Assembly (NCBI GenBank): GCA_976226885.1
Contig: OZ320313.1
Span: forward strand, 116,002,001 to 116,066,000
Length of the DNA stretch: 64,000 bases
Direction of reading: 5' to 3'
From: Iphione sp. A-MEVVRFRX5
Lineage: Eukaryota
The translations under genes and the position numbers were made by a program. Positions 35,951 through 48,725 of this stretch are shown piece by piece; position 1 is the first letter of the stretch, and every line of letters begins with the position of its first letter. The notes under the pieces are model-generated. The model did no database searches. It was not told where the DNA came from and saw only the letters and a program-made list of their open reading frames with translations.

Positions 35951-37739
35951 TAACGTTTTTTATAATTCATCAAGGGTAATTGCCCAGAAGTAGTCATGCT
36001 CTTGCGATGCAATGGCTGGCAGTTGCTGCATACCAAGCAAGGACCAGGTCAGAAATGACGTACACCTGCAGTTATTTAAGTCACTTACGATCCTTCCTTT
36101 CTCGCCTCCAATCCACTTATGACCTGCATGTGCTCTGTCCCTGATTCGCTGAAGCTTCCATCTCTGTCGATTGCGAGAAAAATAAACCTGCATCGTTTGG
36201 CAGATGGATTGGCATCGGACAAGTCACAGATGTCGCTGCCCTAGAAATCGATCAGCTTAGCCCAGGAATTTGAAACATCTCCAATTACTTTCTTTTTCCT
36301 ATTTCAGCAGACGAAGGCAACAGGGTCGGTCAGCGGTGTCATCGCCCAGCAAATAATTTGCTTAATTGCTCACCACTATCTCCAGGGGAGCAATTTGTTA
36401 ACGACTCCATCCCGAAACGACGTAACTACTGGTGTTTTTACAGCTGCAAATAGGTGTGTTTATGTGTTTGCGTATGGGAATGAATGTTTATTTTGGCCAC
36501 GGAGGAACAGATACACATGCTCACGAAGAATACTTAAGCGAAGCGTACTATCAATAAATGGAAAATTGATATTTCTTGGTACAGTGTTCTGTGTTAAATA
36601 TATGTATCAATTAAAATTTACTTGTATTCTAGTTTTCTGGTACCAGCCGGACTACCATAACTGCTACAATATGTAAAACAGGTAAACCACAAGCACACAA
36701 TGCACTCAATCAGCAAGCACAGGCCTAAACTATTAGAATCCACCAGCAGGTTTCGACCTAAATATACAAAGAAATGTTAAGCTACAAGCAGTTATACAAA
36801 TTTCGAATCAGCAAACTTACGCCTGTTTTCTGCGCCATTCAGTTCAGCTCTTTAAGATCATGATAATGTCAAATACCCGCAAATTCATCTCACCATAGGT
36901 ACACTAAATTGCTCAGTCCACAAGAAGGGGGTATATGTATTTGTCACAAGGGTGGAAAGATTCTTTGAAGCGAAAAAGGTATCAATGTTACATAATCTTT
37001 CTTTTCAAAAGTAAAACCAGATCTGTTGAATATAAAGGAACGCAAAGTACACTTACATAATGCTGTATATATAAGTTAGTCTGAATCAGCCTTTTTCCCG
37101 AATCTTGCTTGCCCATCCCCAAATTTATTTCTAATCATTGTTGGGTCAAGTATTTGCAAATTGTTGGACCAAAGCAGAATTCCAAGAATTGAAGAGAAAA
37201 TCATACTGATTTTTCATGTTATTTTATTTTTCTTTACGGTCCTCATTGTTCTTCTTCCTCCAAGGCCTGGTCCTCAAGGTGAGTAGCAATGCCAACATGT
37301 AAATCTTTATTTCATTTTTTATGAGTTTCTTTTCTACTTACCTCCTGACCTGAAGTTCTACATCTTTTAACAAATAAAATTCCTACTCCTCAAGTTGAGT
37401 GCTGGTGCTATTTCAACTTAAGTGCTGTCTATCTTCATACAAGCAGTCAAAACAGGTAATGTAGTTGTACTGGTGTACACAACCTCCTCCGTGCTTGTCT
37501 GCTACAGTCACACTCCCTGAACGACCAGCTTTTCAGGGTTGAGTCAAGGATTCAAGAATTGTGTAACCAATGACGAATTCACAACAGTGCAGCAAGATTC
37601 ACTAATTCCTCAGTTTAAGTTTGGCTTTCCATATGTCCACAAATTGTTTCCTGCTGACGGACATGTGGCTACAGGAAAAAACGACACTATGGCGTTCAAC
37701 ATAAGTGTTTCCATGCATCCGCAGCCGAGTTGCAACCAC

Positions 37740-37980
37740 CATGAAAACCACACAGTTTACACTACTATGCTTCAATTTCCACAATAAAACACACACAAAA
37801 AAAAACACAACATGTATACACCCTCTCTCTCTCTGCATGAAAAACTGCACAATCTCCACCAACATGCCTCAACCTCCATGAAAAACCGCACAATTTCCAC
37901 TGCTATGCTTCAATTTCCACAATAAAACACACACAAAAAAGCAAAAACATGTATACACGCTCTCTCTCTGTCTCTGTCTA

Positions 37981-38011
<31 letters not shown>

Positions 38012-38015
38012 TTCT
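37740..38015. repeat. About 138-bp tandem duplication ending in a CT/GTCT microsatellite
   Basis: CTATGCTTCAATTTCCACAATAAAACACACACAAAAAA...CATGTATACAC occurs twice. Confidence 0.85.
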
Positions 38016-39149
38016 CCAGCCGCATGGAAAAGCACCAATCCATGTCAGTCTGTAAAATGAGCGGATTTTTTGGACTGACATGCAGTACAGAAAAACAACC
38101 GCACATGGAAAGCTGCCCTAAGAGACAGATTCAAATGCCTAGAATATATACATACGTATATACATATATTTGGGCTACGTCTCTTCAATGCGATATGTAT
38201 AATACTTCTGTGGAGCCAAAATTAAATATATAACATTATACATATACATAAATTTATATACAAAATGTACATGTATATGCATAAATAATCTGGGCTCGTA
38301 TATAGAACTCATGTTCCAGTAAACTGTATGAGATATGGCACAAAATCAAAGACACTCGAGCAGAGAGGGTGATCCATAAAGTACTATCATTCTCCCCAAA
38401 TGCCTTAAAAGCAGGACACCAGTGATTGTTTTGCTTGTGTATGATCAAAGCAGGGCTAAATGGAGGAAGCCGTTTGTCAGGGAGTAAATGTGCTTCAACA
38501 GCCGTCAGATCTGATCCTGAGAAATGGCGAACAGACGTGTGAACGTTGATGCCCGAAACCAGAGCGTGAGATGGCTCGCGTTTGATATTGATCGCCACGC
38601 GGTGATTAAATTAGTCTTAACCGACTGCTATCCTGACACGCCGAGTTTACCTCTAATTCGTTTAATCTAACCAATGGCAATAACTTTGAAATGGACCCAT
38701 AATGTGCATAAAGGATGAAGCCCACGCTTCATCATAACTTCGAAGGCTGCAGTACAAATACATGTACATGTACGTACGTAAATGCACGTGTACATAAAGT
38801 GTAAGGCGAGATAGAGTCCCAGCACGGAAATACTATTCAAGAAGAGGATCATCCATTATTCATTAACTGAACTAACATTTGCACAAGTTTTTATCAGAAC
38901 ACGAACTGAAGCGGATATCATATGCATTTTATATTCTGCTGTTTTTTCATATTCCACATGCTGTGTGTGCCATAGGCCTACTATACAAAACAATTTCGGT
39001 AATATGATGTGACACGTAAAAGAATGGCATTCGGAGGACCCAGTAATGGACTACTCTCAAGTAAAGGCAAGATCGACTTCTGGTACATCAGTGTTTAAAC
39101 TACACCGACAGAAGCCAGCACCTGTCTGCCTTAGAATGTCCTCCAGATG

Positions 39150-39570
39150 ACGGATGCCCTCCAAACTTGTCCCTCACTGCCACCAGGCTTGGTACGTCCT
39201 CCTGCGGCCGCCCAGGGGCACGCATCGCCAGGCGTTGCGCTCATCGTCGATACCTCGTGTCAATACGAGACAGTCGACGACGACGTCCTCCTTGTTGTCT
39301 CCGCACACAGGCAACGCATCCGGTCACTGCACGGCCGCCATTTTGCGAGCGTCTTCGGCAAACGACACGCGCGCGTGGCTTCCGCTCCGCTTCCTCCAGT
39401 TGGGGGAGAGTGATTGATGGACAGGCGGTGACCCGCTGAAAAACAAGGAACGGGATCGACCTGCAGGCGGTGTGGCAGGCCGGGAGGTGGGGGGAGGCGA
39501 CTTCTCCAGCTGGCATGTCGCGGAAGTGGAGATCAGTGATGTCTATCAGCAGAGCGGGGCGGTCAAACAC
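39150..39570 (-). promoter_or_regulatory. CpG-rich promoter-like block oriented towards the nAChR gene
   Basis: GC box at 39554-39562, ETS-like CGGAAG/GGAAG at 39521, 39389 and 39379, then a YY1-like AAAATGGCGGCC at 39333-39345 on the minus strand. Motif evidence only. Confidence 0.4.
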
Positions 39571-42519
39571 CTCTTAAAGAATGTCTGTCTTGCTGTCGAG
39601 CTGAACCTTCCGGAAAAAAAGAACATCTCGAATTCTGTCAAAGATGCAGCCTTAACTTCCAGTCTCCCACTGAATAAGAAACTAAATAGCCAAAATGATA
39701 TGGGCAATCTAGATTTGATTGCTGTTTCCCCTTCAGCAAATCTGATCGTTACATCCAACATGTGTTGAAATGTTTTTAGCCAGTTGACATTGCTGTCATT
39801 GTTACTTTCAGTTTTCAGTACATTATCATACAGACTCTGCGAAAATTGATTCATGTCGATTGCATGTTGACGCATTATGTTAAACCTGCAACATTTCCAA
39901 GAAATTCATTTTCCAAATAGAACTACTGAAGATGCATACGTTGAGAAGGTATCGTGCTTGAATATTTTAATGCGCAAAGAAGAGAAAATGGACTTTCAAA
40001 TGACTATGAAGTCTGGGTAATAAGTGTCGTCCACCTCACTAGAGAAGCATGATTTGTACTTGTGCCGATCTGAGAGGGCTGATACATGATTGCATGATCT
40101 GAAGGCCGGGTTCACCGACGTCTTGTCAATGCATACCATGGGGGAATTACAGGGTTCGTTCCTCTTGATAACAGCCTTGAGCGTCAACACTCGATAGCAA
40201 CCATCGACTTACTCAAGTCGTCAGCCTTCTATGAAAGACACAACCCTATGACTGAAATGAGTGTGTGGCCTCCCAGGATGGCGTTCGCCGAAACACTGTC
40301 AGCAGATGTTGAGGGTTTGCCACCAAATTGCCATCTAGTCTACTACTTAAGACCCCTTGATAGCCGTGGCCTGCCAAGCAGCCAAGACTGACAGGCTATA
40401 AATGGTCGCCCATGGTGAATACAACCATGGCTAATTTCTTCTGGGCCCGTACAGATGGCGATTTGCCAGGGCGCGAACTCCAACCGATCGAGTGTAGTAT
40501 AGCTGGTGGGCGCCAAGATAGACGTGCTAATGACATAGTTGCAATTTGTCTTTGTAATACCATCGTACATATACTAAAGAATGGAAACTATATGTTTACC
40601 ATGACAATAAACAGCCTACGGAAATTAACCGCTCACCGCTTGAGGTGGCGACTCTTAAAGTATAACCGATATGTGTGGTTCTTTACCGGGCCTGCCAAAG
40701 GGTTTCTGATAGGACTGTTTCTGATGGAACCACCTTATACTATACATCATTCCAAACAATATACTGAGTTTGGACCTGCCCAAATAGAAGGCAAACTTGA
40801 TAGGTTTCTGGAGCCTGTCCTAATTGCTGGAACCTAATGACTGTGATGGGTGAAGGTTCCCACCAGAGATGGGCTGTCCGAGTGACGCATCACGTCGCAG
40901 GGCGAGAGTACGCCAATGACGCATCCGTTCTCATTCAACGGGGACCGATTTACGACTGGTTAATTACGGACCGTAAAACAAACATCGGTACACAGTATAC
41001 CACACCGCAGACAAATGGCATAGAATATTCAACCTGTACCCTCAACAAGCTCATGAATAATATACAAATGTTAGTTATTAAAAGTTATGTTGAATTAAGA
41101 ACCGTCGAAAAACGCAACCCTATTATTGGAACAGAGAAATTATCTCGGAGGACAGTGTCAATCCTTTGAACGGGGAAATACATAGACATGTGCTGGAATG
41201 CCTAGTAAAGGCACACTGGGCGTAAAGCAAACCATAAAAGCGTATAACGGCGGCGTGGGGTAACGGGAAGAAGGAAATTACCTATAATCTGAAGTAGTGT
41301 TCGGCCTACATGCACCAGGTAGCGGGACATGACATGGAACGAAGACGATAGGGCATCTGCAGTAGTAGCTGTTACAGCCAGTGTAGAGTAGACCATGTTT
41401 TGTCAGGGGTAATAATCTGGTATGTGCGACCACCCACGATTTACCAACGGTGCTAGAGCAAATAATATATGTATACATATATATAACATGTTGTGGTATC
41501 TGCTCCATCGAAAATCATTTAAATGGTATATACTCTCAAAATATGGCTATAGGATATGATTATAGTATAGAAAAAGGAATCTCCTACTGGTAACAAATTC
41601 TATTCGAGAAATCCAGCAGTACTCATGTTGTACATGTATATCCACTCGAGCAAAATCTGCATGAGATGACCAAGATGCCTCGCACTCTCATTTTGATATG
41701 CGAGTGTAGGGCATGACGACGGAGCTCAGGGTTACAGTCCTGAGTACGAAGTTTCACATCATTCTTAGGTTCCTGGAGCAAAACAGGGGTGGAGTGATGG
41801 CCCCTATGCTGTGGTAATCGGTCAGCATTTACAGAATGATGGAACGACGTCATACTGGAGAGCGTATCTTGAGTTAATAGTTGTTCTAAGTGGGCAATTA
41901 TTTTCAGAATGTTTGGCCAGAAACAGACAGAAACACTCGCTTAATTCTGTAAAAGATAACTGTCCTCGTTCTCTTTTACTCTTTATATAGGGTTCTCTGT
42001 CTTTCGGGTAAATCTTCATAAAATTCTATAAACTGTTATCAGTACTATCGTCAAATTGTACACTCAATACATTTGGATGTATTCATTCTCCCTCCCCCCC
42101 CAAAAAAAACAAGAAAAAGAAAAAAACTCACTGAGAGCTTCGCTGTGGTGGTACAAATGGCAAATAATACAGCGCCGCTTCTAGCTTGATTTCGTCCATA
42201 AACCTCCATGGGTAATCTTCCCTGGCGACCTCACGTGAACGAAAACGCTCCAGGCCATGATGAACACCCATCAACATGTCCACCCATGTGGGTTGTAATG
42301 ACATTAATCGCCATCTGACGTTCTTTATATGTCAATCTGCTCCCCGACTTCTGTCCGCAGCGGCCAGGTTAGGGAGAATGTAGCCACTTGCCATGACAGC
42401 AATGTCGCTGGCGCCGCTACATCAAATTCCAATAACATTATTTCCATTTCCATAATGTACTTGGTCCATCTCTGCTACGAGTATAAAGCAAAAGTAGGGT
42501 CAGGTCCAATAATTTTTAA

Positions 42520-42806
42520 GGTCCGCTAAAAATGTCTGTGTCTCTGGTAACCCGACAAACGTAAATGAAACACATTTTTTCTTTATTGTTTTGTGTATAT
42601 ACCACTGCCTTGCTTATGGCCTTGATTTTCATAGGATGTAAGTCCCATTACAATCCAAGCAGCACAAGTTATAGTACCAGGCTTGACAAATACATGTACT
42701 GACTAGCTTTTTTCTGTGTGACATTGGTGTATAGAAAAAAACAACACCTCCGATCTACCGACCCTATCAATTTTCTACATATAACTAAAAACGCATTTTT
42801 TAGACC
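42520..42806. mobile_element. MITE of the same family, inverted orientation
   Basis: TAA-GGTCC...TGTCTGTGTCTCTGGTAACCCGA...CTACCGACCC...GACC-TAA. Confidence 0.6.
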
Positions 42807-45800
42807 TAATCTAGAAGAGCCTGTATGAGTCACATAGGCATAATTGGATCTTGCATAAGGCATTTTACGAAATATTTTCCCGGTAAATTTAATTCTCAGT
42901 CAAGATTCGCGTCACTCCAACAGGTTTATGGTCTTTGCTTCGATTTATGGCATTTCCAGTGCGTTGGGCACGGTCAAGTAATACAATCAAGCCTAGCTGC
43001 TGTATGACTTCATCCATCAGGATTAAACTGGTCTCTTTTGTAGAGTGTTGACGAGTTATGATGAAAGCGGCAGCTGCTTGTCATTCTAGACATGTACATG
43101 CCGACTGGCTGCTCGGCCCAGCCATTCACGTCTATCAACATCCGCTATAGAATGCCTCTCTCATTCTAATCAACTGTCACCAAAGTGCGGGAAAACCGAA
43201 TAGAATAATTCAATCCGAAACATTGTCGAATGGGGGGATAATACTATTACCACTCCCATTGTTAATCCAATCACCGCCATTCTAGACATTACTCTTTGAT
43301 GTACTTTAGGTCTGACGAGAATCCATTATCATCAATTGTATATGGACTTTATTCAGTCAATGGCAATTTTATAAGAACGTAAAAAGAGGCGGATGCATTC
43401 AGTTCAGTTCTGATGGCAAATAAAATGTGAATCACTTGTGATTTTATTGGGACATCATTTTGAAATGCTGTGACATCGTATTTATTCCACTCCGGGTCGT
43501 TTACGCAGGCGGTGAACAGGGGGGGCTGTGATGCCTGCGCTGTAGAAGAGTATTTGTAATCATTCATCAGTCAGTAATAAGTGAGCAAATGCATGTCAGA
43601 TGGGTGCAATCACATCGTTGCAATATTGGCAGCGGCCGATGACATATTTGCGTGTATGGATTGCGGCGAGTTGCTGGGCATGGTAAGTGGTGGCGGCCAA
43701 GTAGAAACGACGAGGAAATGTTCTTACGTGGGCGTGCCATGCAAGAAGAGAGAGGCCTCCCCGGTCCACCCAAGCATAAAGAATGCTAAGACTACCACTG
43801 GTCCCCTGATATACCTACTGTGTATAGGTAGGCCTGTAGAGGGAAAAAAACATGAAATAAGAGGTGGTTGGCAATTTCGCTGAAGTAATGAAAGAAGAGC
43901 CAACAAATCATCAAATCTGCTGGCTCTTCTAAAGCAAAACCAAAATGGAAATATTACATCCGGGCGAAACGTCCAATATTAATAGGAAGTCCTGGCAGCT
44001 TTCAGTTGCCAAGGAGGATTCCGGTGTGTAGTTGGCAGAATACAACTTGCAATCAGTCAGGATAGAGTAAACAGGGCGAACTGCTCTATGTCATGATATG
44101 AGTTGGACTGAGCCGGTGCCAGACGCTTTCATGTAGCTGTGCAAGCTTGAGGAAGAACTTAGTCATGCGCTGATAGTCAAGGCTAAGCACCTCTGGGGTA
44201 TTATTACGTAAGCCCAAGTGGCTATATTAATAGCGCACACGGGAACTGGAGTACCGCCTGTCTTTGGGAGGAAGACAATGGCGTCTGATAGTCGCTTTTC
44301 TGAAAGCCATCCCAGGTCAAGCCTGGTATTACAGCATGAAACCTTTGATAAAACGAAGTTCGCATGAGGATCCGATGTGATATGACCTTTTTTTAGTATG
44401 TCTAAAACTACCATCTAATATTTTCGATTTCTTGTCTCTCTCGCCACCCCCCAAGGGCTAAGCTTATGTCTCCTTGCTTGTCTGTTTGCATAACACTAAA
44501 AGTTTGCTTGAACTGCAGTTTAACTATGATGTAGCATGTCTTTAATAACAACGTTTGTGCAATAGACAAAAGTGAACTAGCGCCTGTTTGACAGTCTTAC
44601 AAATGCAGTGTGGTCCTATAGTATGATGAAATACTGTCTGTCATTTGGCGAGTTTTGAATGCAGACCAAATAGTTTTCCTCTTTATGGTCTGATGGCCTG
44701 ACGCGGAACACATCAGTCATTCTAACTTTATCTGAGGCTTTAAGCTAAAAGCCTGGATGTAGTTAGAATTCTTCTCGGCAGGTTTTCTATTTTAAATGTA
44801 ATTGATTTGCCTTTCTGGTCCTCTGATTTAATGTAACAAGTTGTTCTAAGAATAAAGCTGCAGTGCTCTTGTGCTATATCAGTATCAATTTCATTCAGTT
44901 CCTTTCATAATAGTCTGCGTAATGTTTTATTCAGTTTCATTATCTAAAATATGATTACTGCTCTTAATTTGAAAAAATGTAACTGTAACTGCTTGTACTG
45001 TACATATTTATACAAAACTGGTAGTGCATAAACTGATCAACTGAATATCCAAGAGAAAAACGGAAATTTATGTTATACATACTCTAAGATGACGTGATAG
45101 TAGAATAATGAGTAGAAGTTATTTAATCAACCCATCAGCCTGCCCTCTCAACGAATATTTGCCCTTGCGATCGCTCTATGCGTCACCCTAACAGGGTCAA
45201 CGGTGGTGAAGAGCCATGAAAATGAATGCAGGATAGAGACTGCTGGACAGTGAACGAAAGGGGTCCCAACAGGGTCGTAAAGGATTCTGCAGCATATCCC
45301 AGTGGAAACGCCAGAACGCTGTCCAACAGACTCGGGGGAATATACCAGTCGATGGATGTCAAATGTAGGTTTGCCCAACGAGGACAAAATGATAACTGCA
45401 TAATACAGTGTGGCTTCACTGGCAACTGTCCTAGCTAAAGTAGTACATCGAAATGGCACAATAAACCATGGAATTCTTCGGTAAAGAAGGATTGCGGTCA
45501 TGAAACTTTAATCCAGCATATACCTAGTCAGTTTATAGTTTACTTTCTATTACATTTGCACGATTCGTTGGTTCTGATGAGGAGGTTCTATTCACGAATA
45601 ATTAGATTTGGAGGAATACACGTTGATTTGATTAGTTCAGTCTCAATTGACCCAATATACACTTCCTTCGTGTAAGCAAAGGGAGAAGCCCTGGTAGAGT
45701 AATAAGTAAGGCGAGTGTACATGTACATAAATTCATACACGTAGCTCCCGTAGCAGTGCCACATAGTTTGATTTCTTCATCTTCACTGCTATTCCCTATA

Positions 45801-48710
45801 CGTTCGTTTCGTCTACAAACTTAGTCAGTGTTTTTGATCGTAGAATAGCCAAAACTTTAAATGTACTGTTAGCATACCAGGCGACAACGGACAGAATGCG
45901 CACGTATATCCCTCCGAGTAATATAAAATGCGACGGTGACGTGTATATATTTTATTAATGTTCTTTGGCAGCTTCGATAGGCCGGAAGTTACACCAAACA
46001 GAATGCCACTGAGATGTCGTCGTAAGATTTAAGCAAGATCATCCTCGTGAATGTAGACCAATGCTCGGGAGCCATTCTGAGAAGATTCGTAGCGATATGA
46101 AACCGACTAGGTGCTCTTCTGTTTCAATACAATATTCAAAGACAATCAAATATCATTACTATTGGTGTGCCTCGTTTTATTGAAACCTTTCAATACAATC
46201 ATTACTTCTCTAAAATAGGATCTCATGTAAGATTCACAACTCCCTAGAGGTGATCATCATAATAACACCACAATAAACGCTCTCACGCGAGGGTTGTCCT
46301 GATTCTAAATTGCGAACGAGTGAAAGCGACACAATCAATCAACGGGCGTTGTTTAGTCAGTTACAACAAAATACAATGTTCGTTTCTTTGATGTCATGGT
46401 TAACAGTATTCACGGACGTATCTCAATTGTCACGCCTTCCGAGTGCATGCTCTATTGCTGAATCTATTTGGGTTGTTTCACTAATAGTTCTGCCTCTCTG
46501 GAGGACTATGCATGGTAGAGTGATCCATTACTTTGCGCCCCATGGTCGTCCTATCGCTTATCTTTACTTAAGGGCTCGGCCTGATTTTAATCATTTGCGG
46601 CGGCTTAAGAAATGATGGATGACATGAAATGGGCGGACCCGGCAATTCATTGATCGAGCGTTATCTTCAAGGCGTAAAACTTCTACAAGAAACATGTGAA
46701 GAAAACCCGACGATCCATGATGAAATTTTTTTCAAGGTGTTCTTCGTCGGCCGAAAAACAGACAAGTATCATATTTATCCCCAGTGGTGACAACATAACC
46801 ATGGCAACTGGAATTAGCGCACGATAAGAAGAAATAATCGTTGTTTTCCAGGTGCTCCTCCCTCTGTGGTTGAAACGGACACCATTTGATTTTTTTCTGG
46901 ACGATGATATAACCAATGAGCATGCCAATGAAACCATGATTTCGTTAAGTGAGGAACTCGGAGGAGGGAGATAAGAAGCAGGAAGAAAGGCCTTATAAGA
47001 AGATGTGTAAAGACAAAGGGGTGCCCACAGAGGAAAAGACAGACCCTGGAAAATAACTAGGCCGGCTGGGGGACGGGTATCATATCTGGTCCATAAATGT
47101 AACTGTAGGCATGCAGTTGTTCACTATTTACTATTAAGTTGGTCGATTTCCTTATGTTATATCTTCAAAACCTCAGTTGGAAAATCATTTAAGGTTTACA
47201 TGACATACATGTGACTTAAAGAGTCACTTTTATCAATTTCGTTCTCAAGCTCATCTAAAAACACATAGACGCATATTTACAATGTGTGTATGGTTACATG
47301 TAGAAAGATTATTCACATTTTTTTTAAAAACGTTTTGAAAAAATTCTGTCAGCTTATCTTCAGAAAGCCTAGGATTGATTTGGTTGATCTGCAGCAGATG
47401 TGTGTGAAATATAAGCGAAGCAGCGTATGTTGCTGCAAGGTGTGTTGGAGCTTGTTCGCTTATCTGAGAATATCCTTCGAACCAAAGGAGTGCCTACAGG
47501 TACCTCCTTCAGCACGTCGAAGGCAATCGTGTTAGTGTCCTTGCCTGGCCAGTCGGCGTGTTTAAGTAAAGCGGTCGGCCACACGAGGCCTATCAGCCGC
47601 TAATGAGCCTCCACTTGTGGGGCCACTTACACCCCAGTTATCCCTTCTTGTCAGAGCGGCTCTCCTTGGCTGGCCCACTGTGCCAAACGGGCGCTGTCAC
47701 CGCCCACAGGCAGGGCTGAGGGTTCAGACTTGCAGCCTTCATCGCCCCGGCACTCCACCCAGAAAATGTTCAACCTCGAAACCCTCTCTAGAAAGCCTGT
47801 CAAATGATTCTCCATGGAGGATATGAATGATGGAAAGGGTGTGCCTCCCCCCAGCCCCAGCCATTTATAACCAACAATGGAAGCCACACACCACGGTAGT
47901 GAGATGCTCCCTCGTTTTACACCTTTAAAAATGCCCAGTCTCACCCTAGGCAGTTGTCACAATGATAACATTTATTCATCAGTTCATTATACAATTATAA
48001 GAATTAGGCATTTTCATTAATAAGAAAAGAAAGGGAAGCCGCTCCCAATAGCAGGGTAGATACAAATATTTCCACATCGTAACCTAGTGCTGATGATATA
48101 AATGTAATAAGGTATCTTACTAAATGGTAATTGTTTATGTGCACTGGCACAGTTCTACATCAGCATCGAGAATATCATTGCCAAGATACATTTATTGATA
48201 AGATGTAACGGAAATGATCCACAAGGCAGTGGTGTGTATATTCAAAGATATTGTTTATGGGACGAATACAGGGTACACGTGGTACATCTCTTACTTTTTG
48301 CCCCTGAAAATTCAGCAGGTGGTCGTTTATTTAAATAATTCAGAGCTGGAGAAATATCTCGTTATCCAGGTTACCTGTCGCTTCTCCGAACAACGTACCA
48401 GAGCGACTTGTGGTCGAGAAAGTACCCCGGAGCCACACTGCGCGATGTTTGTTTGTCCCGCTGGAAGGTAGAGCCACCTACTGGGAACAACAGAGGGGCC
48501 CTCGAACTAAACACACGTCGAGGCAGCGCACTGCGACCGCCTGACCCTAAGGTAAGACAATTATGGGTGGAACACTGCCAACATAGACAGTGTGCATCTC
48601 TACGGGCAAGGCCCCTCTTACATGGGAGCATCCGACCTTCAGGTAACATATCGCGCCTCAAGCCCCTGCCAGGGTGTCCTCTCCGGCCCGAAACGCAGGT
48701 CGGTTAAGCC

Positions 48711-48725
48711 GCACCAGGTGGCGCA
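48711..48725 (+). promoter_or_regulatory. CTCF-like motif (GCACCAGGTGGCGC)
   Basis: Close match by eye to the CTCF core consensus. Confidence 0.4.

Noticed and set aside
39996-40190. ORF with a RING-like start (VCIDKTSVNPAFRSCNH)
   Set aside because: The remaining Cys pairs of a RING finger are absent in all frames.
41279-41396. Possible exon 1 (MSRYLVHVGRTLLQII-G|GTaatt, phase 1)
   Set aside because: The phase and donor fit, but the hydrophobic core is poor and interrupted by Arg and His. It cannot be supported without transcripts.
43349-44414. Cluster of protein-looking short ORFs
   Set aside because: Stops in all frames and no identifiable homology. At best an unclassifiable relic.
45148-45501. 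117-aa hydrophobic ORF
   Set aside because: No recognisable family motif or splice context.
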